Origin: Curvularia clavata | Taxonomy: Eukaryota | Reading direction: 5' to 3' | NCBI GenBank assembly: GCA_023920165.1 | Contig: CP089274.1 | Coordinates: 5,146,001 to 5,210,000, forward strand | Length of the DNA stretch: 64,000 bases | Made by a program: the position numbers and the translations under genes | Shown here: positions 1-12,091 of the stretch, in pieces | Numbering within the stretch: the first letter of the stretch is position 1 | Layout: every line of letters begins with the position of its first letter | Notes under the pieces: generated by a model | What the model saw: only the letters and a program-made list of their open reading frames with translations | The model's database searches: none | Told to the model about the DNA's origin: nothing

Positions 1-139
1 AAAGAACCAAAGAAATAGACCATCACAGGCCATGCTTTATCATAAATAGCGCCAGTCCATGCAGATTGAACCCAGACAAAGGATGCATGCCAAACCACGA
101 GAATCCCCAAAACAACTGTCTTCGGCATTTGCACATTTT

Positions 140-1828
140 CTAGTCCAGGGAAAAGTTCTCTCTCTTCCAATTTTCGTGTAGAACAGCAATGGTGCCTGCA
201 GCGTCTTTGCAACGAGGAGGTGCACGAGCAGGGAGATCGACAATAGCGCGGCGTAACACAGCGCGGGCAGGGACGCCGTAGAAGGCAATGAACTTTTTGT
301 GGTAGTCGCGGACCAGGCCGCCGAGAATGGCAAAGTGGCCGGGCCAGAGCTGGTCGGGTGGCGTGTTGCAGATGGAGACGATTGCTCGCCAGTACTCGGA
401 AATGGCTATCGCTGGGGTCTTTGACGCGAACGAGCGGAGAGACATGGACGCATAACCAGCGCTGATACCACGCATGCGCTGAGCATATGATTCCGGGGTA
501 GAGTCCGCCCTCCAGCCTAATTGCAACCGTCCTTCCTTTGTCTCCATTGTGCCACGGATGCCGAACAAAGGTGGGCAGGACTTGTGGAACTTGGCCATCG
601 CAACGTCGATCAGAGGGAGGCCGTTCCACATGTATTTTTGGTCACCAAACAGACTGGCTGCGATGAGACCAATCTCTTGGATGATGCGACCGTCTGAATT
701 TGCGGCCTCCTTTTCGAATTGCCTGATCAAAAACTTTTCGAAGCAAATCCAAACATAGAGTAGGAAGGCAGGGTATGCGGCGTCGCTTTCGTTGGCTAAT
801 TGCGGGATTTGATGCGAGACAACGTATGGTCGGATATCAATCATGGGGCCTGGGGTTGTTAGGGCGACGTCGAAGCACTCCGTTCGGAGGCGCTTGATCG
901 CCGCGACACTGTCCTTTCGTTCAGTGTTGATCTGCCCAAGTCGAGTACGTAGGGCGCGTCGAGCGTCGCCAACAGGGGCCTTGAGGGGCGAGGATGGCTT
1001 TTTGTGTTCTTCGAAAAATGCCTTGCGGAATTCCTTCATCCGTTGGTGGAGTTGGAGATATTGATTGTGTATTTGTTCGAAATCACCGGTGGGCGCTGGT
1101 GCACTGGTCGCTGGTTTGGGCGCAGCTTGTTGACTCGGAGCTGCTGTGGGCTGTGGCGCTGGTGGTTGCGCAGCTTGCTGGCGGGCTTTCTCGTCGGCAG
1201 CGGCAGCGGCTGCTGCTGCTGCTTCCGCAGACTTGCGATCGGCAGCTTCCTTTTCTTTCTTTTGGCGCTCCGCTGCGGCTTCCTGTTCTTTTTGCGCTTT
1301 GATCCTCGCCTCTGCCTCCTGAAGCTTCTTCTGGTGTTCAGCAGCCTGGCGAGCGGCCTCTTCCTCGCGCTGCTTTGCTTCTAGCGCTCTCCTTTGTGCC
1401 AGTTGCTCCTCGCGAGCCTTTTCTTCTCTGAGCCGCTCAATCTCCCTCCGCTGCTGTTCCTCGCGGCGAAGACGGGCCTGTTCCTCCTCCAAGGCCAGGC
1501 GCTCAATCTCGAGCTTAGCGGAGCGAAAGACGCGCTCATGTTCCTCGGCCGCGTAGGCGAGTTGTTCGGCATGTCGCTTTGCCCGCTGTGCTGCATCTTG
1601 GTCGAGCTTCTCGTTGAATTGACTGTCGGAGATGCTGAGCCTCAGATTGAACTCGAGGGCAAGTTTTCGATTCGGGCTCTCGTAGGGGTCGCGGGTAAGA
1701 GACTCGCGGTGAGGGCGAAGCGTGCTTCGGTTGGGTGATTGACGTGTCGGAGAGGCATCCATGAAACTCGACCCAAATGACGTCGCGGTATGCATACTGG
1801 AGGACGAGGTACCCGATCTTGCGGGCAT
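140..1828 (-). CDS. GLE1: mRNA export factor Gle1
   Basis: Single 562-aa ORF with a central coiled coil (E/K/R/Q/A-rich) and a C-terminal GLE1-like domain (MAKFHKSCPPLFG, GRLQLGW, YAQRMRGISAGYAS). Confidence 0.85.
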   Translation of the reverse strand: MPARSGTSSSSMHTATSFGSSFMDASPTRQSPNRSTLRPHRESLTRDPYESPNRKLALEFNLRLSISDSQFNEKLDQDAAQRAKRHAEQLAYAAEEHERVFRSAKLEIERLALEEEQARLRREEQQRREIERLREEKAREEQLAQRRALEAKQREEEAARQAAEHQKKLQEAEARIKAQKEQEAAAERQKKEKEAADRKSAEAAAAAAAAADEKARQQAAQPPAPQPTAAPSQQAAPKPATSAPAPTGDFEQIHNQYLQLHQRMKEFRKAFFEEHKKPSSPLKAPVGDARRALRTRLGQINTERKDSVAAIKRLRTECFDVALTTPGPMIDIRPYVVSHQIPQLANESDAAYPAFLLYVWICFEKFLIRQFEKEAANSDGRIIQEIGLIAASLFGDQKYMWNGLPLIDVAMAKFHKSCPPLFGIRGTMETKEGRLQLGWRADSTPESYAQRMRGISAGYASMSLRSFASKTPAIAISEYWRAIVSICNTPPDQLWPGHFAILGGLVRDYHKKFIAFYGVPARAVLRRAIVDLPARAPPRCKDAAGTIAVLHENWKRENFSLD

Positions 1829-1950
1829 TGTGGCGACGTAGGGAAGGTCGGGCAGGGGAAAGCGATTGGGAAAGGGTGGTTGGTGAAAAGAGGTGAGAGC
1901 GGTCGATCGGGGAGCTAGTACAATAGTTTGGCGTACACTTCAGCACCGGC

Positions 1951-2218
1951 GTCACGTGATGGCGCATATCTCTCCGCACATCCCTGTCGTAGCTGTCACC
2001 TCGCCGCGTTGCCGACACGCTCAAGCATCCTGTGCGTTACTGGCTGTCACCATGTGCAGCAATACCTGTCCGTCGTCCGCTGCACCCATGGGCTCGTGGG
2101 CGCACATGTGCTGCGAATGTACTACGCACGTCATATGCATCTGCAATGATTGCCGAAGCCAGCGCGCTGTCCATGTTTCAAAGCTTGGGCGGATCGAGGG
2201 ACGGCAGCATCACGTGAC
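1951..2218. promoter_or_regulatory. Two RTCACGTGAY bHLH E-box (Cbf1/SREBP-type) sites in the divergent GLE1/SSD1 intergenic region
   Basis: GTCACGTGAT at 1951-1960 and its reverse complement ATCACGTGAC at 2209-2218. Confidence 0.4.
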
Positions 2219-3630
2219 CCTATCCACCCACTGTGATGCGCCATGCAGCCAGAAATAAGATGACAAGGAGGATCACAGGATGTGCCCGAGTCACGCCGCG
2301 GGCATACAGAGTGTGTCACGAATCTGATAAAGTTCGACAGACGCGTCGGGTGGGCGCGTGTTATATGTATGTGGCAGCAGAATATGTGCGTGCTGCCGCC
2401 GCAAGCTGGTGGGACCGGCCAAAGCTGCGACCGCAACGGCTCTAGCTGACCCTGAAGGCGCTCGTTTCACTGACAAACGTCGCCTGGTGTGACACTGTGG
2501 TCGGCAGCTCCCCTCGTGCCCCAGCGAACTCGACAGGTCTAGGCGGGAGCCGTCCTTTGCTCCTTGCGCTGCGCGGCGGGCCACGTCGTCGCTCTCCAAA
2601 CCGCAGCGCCCCAGACTCGTATTTGGGCGCTGCCAACGGCGGGCCTGGGACCGCCTCTGGCCTAGCCTTTGGGATATCAGAAACGGCCGCGGGTCTGCCC
2701 AGCCTTGAAACGTAGAAACCAAAACGTGATGCTTCACCTGGGGGCGCGCTGAGACAGGCACCTGGGGCAGACGGGCGGCGTATATAGGCTGTCGGAGCCT
2801 GCAAGAGCCTCAGTCCTCATAGCCCGGCGCTCTTCCCGTGTCCCTTCTCTTGTCCCTTCATCCTTGCTGGCGGCGGGTGCTGTGCATTTGGCCCTCCTCT
2901 TCTTCTCAAGTGACGTACGCGAGCGAGCTCAGGCCTCGTCTGCGGCGGAGAAAGTACATGCCGATCGCTTCCCAATTCAGCCATTAGGCCAAGTCCCGCC
3001 ATCGCCCATCACCACCTTCATCGCCCGTCGACGCTGCTGGCCGCCCGCTCTCTCGCCTCTCCCTCCTCCAGCCCTCTGTGCCTCCTTCTTCCTTCCCCTC
3101 CTCCCTTGTCCTCAATCGCTCCCTCCTTCGAAGCACTCTCTCCGCCCGTTATTTTGTGTTGGCACTGCCCACAACAACCCGCTCCAGGGAATCCGCGCTC
3201 CTTGACCAGCTCAACCCTCCTTATCACGCCTCCCCGGTCTCCTCGATACTCATCCCTCCAGACACGCGACGACCTGCACCCCGCTCGCCTCGACCCATTG
3301 TCTAGAAAAGTATCCTCTTTACTCGTCGGCCCTGCCTTACTCCCAAGCTTGCTCTTACGTGAGTTCGTCCCCCCTCCCCACTAGCTCCGTCTGGAGCATG
3401 CCAGCTGCCGACCCTGCGTCGACAAGCTGCCAGCCCATCTGCTTTCTTCACTCTCGTCTGGTGCATTGCTTCATTTTCTCACTCGCTGCTTGCATGCATT
3501 CGACAGCCCTCGCTAATCAACAACAGACCACACGAGCCTCTTTCTGACCATTCCGTGTCCAACCGTCACTCCACCACCGGTACATACACTTTACAAGTGG
3601 GCATAGAATCCACCTTACATCTCATCCGCA

Positions 3631-6600
3631 ATGGATCAACAACAAGGCCAGCAGGGCCCCATGGGCCCCGCCGGCCGTCGCCTGCACATTGCGCACCGCC
3701 GCAGTCCGTCAGAGCTTACGCCGTTGATGAGTACGTTTCCTGAACGCCCCCTCTCTTGTAAGCTTAGCAGCTGCTGACATACTCGCCATAGTGGAACAAC
3801 TAGCCATTGCACAGCAGATTGAGGTGCTCCAGCAGCAACAGCAGCAGATTGCCGCAACACACCAGCAATATGTGAACATGGGTATGATCCAGCCTCAGCA
3901 GCAGCTTGGCAACTTTCAGATGCCCGGCCAGATACCCAATGTCTCGCCTCAGGTCAACAACTACCAATTCGCTCAACAGATGCCCCAGCAGCAACAGCAT
4001 CTGGCTGTTCCCATGAACGCTCCTGGCCAGCCCACCGCCCACCGCCGCAACCAGTCCGCCCTGCCCAACGTTGGCATGGGCCCTCCCCCCGCTCCTTCCA
4101 CTGGAGCCTCTGGATTCGGCGAATTCGGTGGACAACAAGGTGGTCAGGGTAGGGAAAACGTAAACCCCCGTGGCCGAGGTGGCGGCGGCGCTGGCTCCGG
4201 CCATACTCGTCGTCACTCACTAGCTCTCGCAGACGCAAAGAAGGCTGCCGAGCAAGCTGAGTCCAAGAGGAAGACCTCGGGCTTCCAGTTCCCCATCCCG
4301 GGCTCGAACGAGGGCAGCTCCAACCGTGATGCAAGCCCTGGCGCCCCAAGTGCCTCTAACGACACTTCCTCCGCCCGCGGTGGACGAGGCGCTCACGGCC
4401 GTAGCCAGAGCATGGCTGTCGGACGTGGTGGTGGAAGCGCCGGCCGAGGCGGACCCTCATTCTCATTCCCAGCTACCAGTGAGAACCCTACAAACCAGGC
4501 CACTCAGCAGGCCGACTTCCAGCGCCGTGGCAGCCAGGGTCATGGCCGCAGCCAGTCGCGCAATTTCGAGGGTAACTGGAGACAGCCTCAGAACAACAAC
4601 AACCAGCAACAGTCTAGCCAGGACAACCAGTCCCAGAGCATGGGCAACTTCAATATGAACCAAACCGCCAATGCCGCTCCTTTCCAGCCTGGCCACCGCA
4701 GTCGCGGATCGGTCAACCAGTCTATTGGTGCTCTTGGCAACTTCCAGTATGCAGGCCAGCCTCAGATGCAGATGCAATCACCTCAAGCGCAGCTCCTGCT
4801 GCAACAGCAGATGTTTGGCCAGCCCCTGAACCCTATGCAGATCGCTCATTTGCAGGCCCTCCAGGCTGCTCAGATGCAAGGTGGTCTCGGCGGCAGCCAG
4901 CACGCTCCGCAGATGAATATGCAGCAGCAACAGCAGCAGCAGCGCAAGACTTTATTCACTCCTTACCTCCCCCAGGCGACCCTGCCTGCCCTTCTCGGCG
5001 ACGGCCAACTCGTTGCCGGTATCCTCCGCGTTAACAAGAAGAACCGCAGCGATGCCTATGTCACCACTACTGATTTGGACGCTGACATTTTCATCTGTGG
5101 TAGCAAAGACAGGAACCGAGCCCTCGAAGGAGATCTCGTCGCTGTCGAGCTTCTTGATGTTGACGAAGTATGGGGCCAGAAACGCGAAAAGGAAGAGAAG
5201 AAGAAGCGAAAGGACAACGCGGACCCTCGCGGCACTAGCATTGCCGTCAACGATGCCACCACGCAACCTGAAACCGGCTCTGAGGGTGGTATTCGTCGAC
5301 GTGGCAGTCTTCGCCAGCGACCCGCACAGAAGAAGAACGACGACGTTGAAGTCGAGGGACAGAGCCTGCTCCTCATGGAAGAGGAGGAGATCAACGACGA
5401 GCTCAAGCCTCTGTACGCAGGTCACATTGTCGCTGTCATCGAGCGTGTTGCTGGACAAATGTTCTCTGGGTAAGCACTCACAATTCACGCACGGTCACAC
5501 TGTTACTAACAATCTACACTAGCTCCCTCGGACTCCTCCGTCCTAGCAGCCAAGCTACAAAGGAGAAGCAGGAAGCTGAACGACAAGCTCGTGAGGGGAA
5601 CACGGGCCGGACGCAGCCAGAGCGCCAGGAAAAGCCCAAGATTGTGTGGTTCAAGCCTACAGACAAGCGCGTGCCCCTGATTGCTATCCCTACCGAGCAG
5701 GCGCCGCGCGATTTTGTTGAGAAGCACCAAGAATATGCCGACCGCATTTTCGTAGCATGCATCAAACGATGGCCCATTACGTCACTGCATCCCTTCGGTA
5801 CCCTTGTTGAGCAGCTTGGAGTCATGGGCGACCTTAAGGTGGAAACCGATGCTCTCCTGCGCGACAACAACTTTGGTCCGGACGACTTCTCTGATGCCGT
5901 TATCAAGAACGTCGGCTTTGAGGACTGGTCGGTCGCCAACGACGGTGAGGAGGCCCTGAAAGACCGTCGCGACTTCAGGACCGAGGAGACCTTCACCATC
6001 GACCCCAATGGTAGCAAAGAGCTCGATGATGCTATCCACTTCAAGTACCTCGATGATGGCCGTGTCGAGATCGGTGTCCACGTCACCGACATTGCTCACT
6101 TCATCAAGGCAAACTCACTTGTTGATCGTGAGGCCAAGAAACGCGGAACTGCCGTCTACCTCATGAACCGCACCGTCAACATGCTGCCTCCCAAGCTCTC
6201 CAACGACATTTGCTGCCTCAACCCAGGTGAGGAACGCTACACTGTCAGTGTTGTCTTCAAGGCCGACCCGGCCTCCGGTAAGGTCTTTGAGGATGAGACC
6301 TGGATTGGCAAGTCTGTGATTAAGAGCTCTGGAAAGTTGTCGTACGAGGAGGTCGACTCCGTTATCAACGGCAACGACTCCTCAGTCTCGGCGGCCCGTG
6401 CTAAGGACATCAAGATGCTGCATCACATCTCGCAGAAGTTCCGCCAGGCTCGCTTTGGAGATAGGGTCTCCGACGTCAAGGCCCTGCGCCTGTTCTACCA
6501 ACTGGACGATGAGAACGTTCCCGTCGAGCAGAACATTTTCAACTCCTCTCCCGCGCACGAGTGCATTGAGGAGCTTAGCCACCTCGTAAATGCCTTTGTC

Positions 6601-7879
6601 GCCAAGAAGCTTGCCGCAGGCCTGCCAGAGAAAGCCCTTCTCCGCCGTCAAGCCCCACCCAACCCTCGCCGCCTGATGACAATCGCGGAGCGCATGGGCG
6701 CCATTGGCTATGACATCAACACCGAGAGCAGTGGTTCTCTTCAGAACAGCTTGTTCGAGGTCGAGGATGATGATATCCGAAAGGGTATGGAGACGTTGGT
6801 CATCAAGTCGATGCCTCGTGCCAAGTACTTTGTCGCAGGCAAGCTGCCTGAGGAGCAGTACCCCCACTATGCCCTCAACCTCCCCAGGTATACTCACTTT
6901 ACCAACCCATCCCGTCGCTATGCCGACATTGTCGTCCACCGCCAATTGGAGGCTGTCTTATCGAACGGGGCCATCGAGTTCACTGAGGACATCGAGGCGC
7001 TTGCTAAGACGGCTGAGATGTGCAACACTAAGAAGGACTCTGCTCACTCTGCCCAGGAGCAGAGTGTCCACATCGAAGCTTGCCGCAAGATGGACAAGGT
7101 CAGGCAGGAGAGTGGCGGCGATCTGATCGCGGAAGGTATTGTCCTCTGTGTGTACGAGTCAGCCTTTGATGTACTCATCCCTGAGTGGGGTTTCGAGAAG
7201 CGCGTCCACTGTGACCAGCTTCCTCTCAAGAAGGCCGAGTTCGACAAGAACAAGCGCCTGCTTGAGCTCTACTGGGAGAAGGGCGTGCCATCGTCCAACT
7301 ACATCCCAGAGGACGAAAGGCCCAAGCACGGCTCAGTGCGCTCGGCCAATGCTGCTGCCGCTGCGCGTGAGGCGGAGGCGGCTAAGCAACGTGCAAGGGA
7401 GCAGGAAGAGGCTCAGCGCAGGCAAATGGATACAGGAACCATGTCGACGAACGAGGAGGCTGCGTTGTTTGACGATGACGATGATGACGATGACTCCAAC
7501 GACCTCAACTCGAACATGGCTGGCGTGTCACTGAACCCCGACCGCCCCACGCAGAGCATGCCCCCGTCGCCCACCAGGCGCGATCTTCCTGGCGCTCCTC
7601 ACCGCGTCAACTCGGATTCGAAGATTGCACAGAGTGCTGGCGAGGCTGCCGAGACCAAGCTGACCAACAAGGAGAAGTATCTCAGCTGGTTCACTCTTCG
7701 CGAGGAGAACGGCGACTATATCCAGGATGTGCGGGAGATGACGAGGGTTCCTGTTATTCTTAAGACGGATCTGACCAAGAGTCCTCCGTAAGTTTGAAGT
7801 CCTAGCTCATGTTTTGACGTCTGCTAACCAATTACTCAGTTGCCTGACTATCCGTTCTCTCAACCCCTATGCCCTCTAG
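3631..7879 (+). CDS. SSD1: RNA-binding pseudonuclease Ssd1/GUL-1 (RNB family); exons 3631-3730, 3792-5469, 5523-7787, 7840-7879
   Basis: Starts MDQQQ...RRLHIAHRRSPSELTPLM. Q-rich N-terminus with HxRxxS Cbk1-type sites and FQFP/FSFP docking-like motifs; cold-shock motif DIFICGSKDRNRALEGD; RNB motif YTHFTNPSRRYAD. Three GT-AG introns splice in frame. Confidence 0.95.
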
Positions 7880-9521
7880 GCGGATTGCATCGTTCTGCCT
7901 GATGCATGCATCTGCTGGCTAGGACCCAAGAGTGTATCTGGCGATTCCAGCGGGTCCGTCAGTTGTTTTCTTGGTATAGAAAATTGAAAGATAGGTATTT
8001 ACTAGGTTGTGGGGCTAAAAGAAATGCACGGAAATCTGTGTATTGTTCATGTGCATGTAGCCAAGTATGCCGAGTCGCGATGTACATGGTTGCAGGTCTT
8101 ATACGGAGCAGTAGTCATAGTCCTTAGTACATTTAATGTGTTGTTGTCATTACAAAAGCATGTTTTTCTAGGCGGGAATTGATCTTGTTTAACCATGATA
8201 GCCGTCCGCATTGATGCCGAGCCCACAAATTTCGTTGATGCCTGGGTCTGTAAGGCTGCTAAGATCGGACGGAGTGAACCCCGAAGCCGCTGCTGGCAGC
8301 ACCAGGCTCGACAATGGGCAGACATTGGCTGTATGAGGTGGAAACATGCTCCTGCATTGCGCAAGTGCCGGTCGTTGTTTATCCCGGTCTGGTCAATTGC
8401 AACAAGCTACCGGCATCCGGCATCATAGCTGATACTCACAGGGAAGCTCCACCACGGATCTGCGACTTCCCAGCCCCTGTGCAGCCTTGGTCGACTAGTC
8501 TTGGTGTACCTGCATTCGTTTCTCGTCCCGACCAAGAGCCTTGTGGCCTAAGGTGTCAGACTGTGTCCAACCGAAATGGCAGTGCTCCTACATAAGACTT
8601 GGCAGCGTACTCGATGTTTTGGGTGGCGCAGCCACACCTATAGTGACTCCCTCTTAACCTCTCAACTCATCCAAAGTATCGCCGAAGCTACACCCTAAGC
8701 GCTGCCCATGGAGGGCCTTGTTGACTCCTCAGGACACACGTGTGCTATGAGGCTGCGGCCTTGGTGTTGAAACAAACGCGATTGTCAGTAGCACCACCAG
8801 AAACAGTCTACTGATGGTGTGAAGAGCTGTTTGCTTCAAGCCTCATGTCATGAGCCACATCACCGTTCCGCCCGGGAACTTTGAATACCGCCATGATTGT
8901 TCCATGCATTATTGCTGGTATTCGAGTTTTCTCGAGGGCGGCTCTGCTGTCTCCGCGTCGACGGTGGTACTCTTGGTGTTTCAGCGCATCCTATTCGCGT
9001 CACAGGGCCCTGGACCTGCTACACCACGCGCCTCCACCACCAAGCCCATCACAACGTGCGGGGCTTGTCCAGCGGTTGCAGCCCTGCTAGTGGACAGTTC
9101 ACCGACAATCAATGGGCAGATTTGCCAAGCTGCAAAGCTCGAACGGTCACGAAAATGGTAAGGAGCCGGCGGGAACCCAGGTGTCCGCTGCGAACGCGAC
9201 ATCCGTCCTCCGGATCTAGTGTGGCGTCTCAGATGCAATCCGGGAGGTGCTGCAGTCTCTCTATAAGGTCCATTGGCTGCCCACCTTGTTTCCATACTCG
9301 TTTTCAGTTGGTTCATCATCAGCGAGCATCTTCTCTTCTCCCCCTCCGTACCTAATAATCAACCACATTCCTTAGGGCATTTTTACCTTGATCAGTCCCT
9401 GGTTGGACTTTTTTAGACAATTTCTAATAATCGAATTCAAAGCGAGGCTTTGCTGGCGGTCCCTCATTCCAACAACCCGGTCTATCTTACCAACGAAACC
9501 AACAAACTTTAATTCATCAAC

Positions 9522-10594
9522 ATGCCTAGCATAGCAACCGTACTCAAGGGCCTCGTGGCTTTGGCCCCTCTAGTCTCTGCTATTCCCGCCGACTATGTGC
9601 GTCGAGAGTCTGCCCCAGCTACCATCACTGAGAAGGCTGAGGCCGCTTCTGCGTCACCGTCGGCGGCCGCAGCAGCTTCACCAGCCGCAGCAGCAGGTAA
9701 ATTGACCGATGTTGACATCCTCAACTTGTAAGTGCCTGAGCAGATTCGAGCATAACGATCAGAGCCTAACAGCAACAGTGCCCTGACTGCCGAGCACCTC
9801 GAGTCCAACTTCTACAAGCAGGGTTTCGCCAAGTTCCCCATGAGTGACTTCATGGCTCTTGGTCTCAGCGAGACCCAAGTCAAGAGTCTTATGGGCGTTG
9901 GCCAGACCGAGGCCACTCACGTTACCACCCTTCAATCCGCCATCACTGGAGCTGGAGCCAAGCCCGTCGAGCCCTGCGAGTACAACTTCGACGCCGCCCT
10001 CCAGAGCGCCGACTCCATGGTCAAGACCGCGCGTGTCCTCGAAGCCGTCGGTGTCTCCGCCTACCTCGGTGCCGCTCCTCTCGTCAACTCCTCCGATGTC
10101 CTCGCCGCCGCCGGCTCGATTGTCACCGTTGAGGCCCGTCACCAGGCTTTCATCCGCGTTGCCTCCGGCGCTGAGCCCGTCCCCGCTGCCTTCGATACCG
10201 CTCTCGGTCCCCGCGCTGTCTTCACCCTCGCCGCCCAGTTCATCAAGTCCTGCCCCCAAGGCTCCAACCTCAACATCCAGCCTTTCCCGTCCATTGCCCT
10301 ACAGAACCCGGCCCAGGCTACCATTGGCCAGAACCTCAAGCTTTCGGACCCTGCTCAGCCTGCTGGCGCTATGTTCTGTGCTTTCGTTGCTCCGTAAGTT
10401 GTTCACTTTCGATTCTGGTATAAGACCAAAGCTAATATTTTGATAGCACTGGCCCCCAATTCACAGACATCACCAGCGGCAACTGCAAGGTCCCCGACGG
10501 CATCTCCGGTGAAGTCTACATGATGATTACCAAGACCAAGTCTGTTGCCGACTCAGAGGTGCTTGCCGGCCCTGCTGTTCTCCAGCCCTCGTAA
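9522..10594 (+). CDS. Secreted ferritin-like domain protein (Rds1-like); exons 9522-9727, 9779-10393, 10447-10594
   Basis: Signal peptide; TDVDILNFALTAEHLESNFY, E..H and GVSAYLGAA...VEARH ferritin-like motifs; canonical introns restore the frame. Confidence 0.85.
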
Positions 10595-12091
10595 ATGTCT
10601 CTCTGAGGCAGAACCTGAGCGCACACACACGGTCCACTTTTCCCCTTTTCCTTTTTTTCTCTCTAAAGGCAAAAACGTGTGTGACGACGAATCAAAAGAG
10701 CAGGAACATAAAAGCTGGCAAAAATTCACAGAAGCGAAGGGCTAACGCGACTGTTCAACAGCGAAAGAAGAGAAGGCATGTGTATATGGAAACGATTTTT
10801 TATCTTTCTCCACAGTCGTTGGCAAGCAAAATGCAAATGTTGATGTACTATCTTCAGCAGAGAAACGTTTTTTTATACTATATTTTACTTTGTTTTATTT
10901 TCCTATTCCCTTTATTCTTTTTGTTTTTTCCTTTTTAACGATGAGTCTGTGGTTGTTCTTGGTTGATGGGTGGAGGAAAAAGAACATTCAGATACCCCCC
11001 TCTCCCTTAGCATGTACGTAAGTTAGTCAGTGAGCGTTTTGTATGTCAGACCGGCAGAGCGAGATTCCGTGAATCCTCCCTTTTATGCCTGGTGTTTGAA
11101 TAATAATAGTTGTTTGAAAAAAAAAAGCAAGGGTGGTTGCTGGTGGAGTATATAACACGAATACATAAGTATTGAAAAAACGCATTATGATTTGAGAATT
11201 TGAGAATCTTTTTGTTCGATGACGACTTCTGAGACGCGTAAATGGGTGGGCTTGGTGGCGATACGAAGAGGAGATGCTAAGGACACGACTTGTGTGTGTG
11301 CCAGCGTGTGACATACAGACAAGGGTGAGATTAGGGAATGAAATGGTGCGTGTGGGCCTTGTAACAAGTGGGGTTTCAAGCCTCGCAGTTTTTCGATGCA
11401 TCGAGTTAGGGCATTGGCAGCTGCGCGTCGTGGCGGATGTACTCGTGTCCGGCGCATACACACACGACTACCTTTTTGTCTCCGCTGACTTTCCAGTACA
11501 GTAATTTGTCATCGATGCCGTGCGCACTTGACACCACTGTCAATTTGTCACTGGGCTTCTCTCTCTGCTCGCAGCGAGGTCGAAGTGTGGCGCGTATGTC
11601 TGCCATCTGAACAAGACAAGCCCCATTTGCAGCAAGTCGGGCCGGACAGCCGAAAAGCTGGGGAACACCCAAATTCTCCGCCGTTCTCCGCTATCCTTGG
11701 CCATTGTACCGAACATCACCCGAAGGGCGTTGCCTCTAGAGATGCACTGTGGGTTCGAGTGCCGCCTGATTGGTTGGAAATAGGCCATCTTGCGTTGTGG
11801 AGATCTACACGACATGTCGTTGAGTCGATGGCACACGAGGATGCCTAAGAAACTATCTAGAGGAGATAAAAAGGGCGGTGGAATGCGAAGTTGGTTCGCA
11901 TTTTCCTTTTCCCCACCCCACATACGTTGAGAAGCGGAGACCATCCGACGTCATCGCGTAGTAGGTGATTTGGGGATTTTAGAAGCTGCGGCTCGCACAC
12001 CGTATAAATCCTTCTACCTTTTCTATCAGAATTGCCATCAGCTGGCGATCTTTCGGGGACACAAACAAGCAGCTGGAGTTACAGCGTCGAG

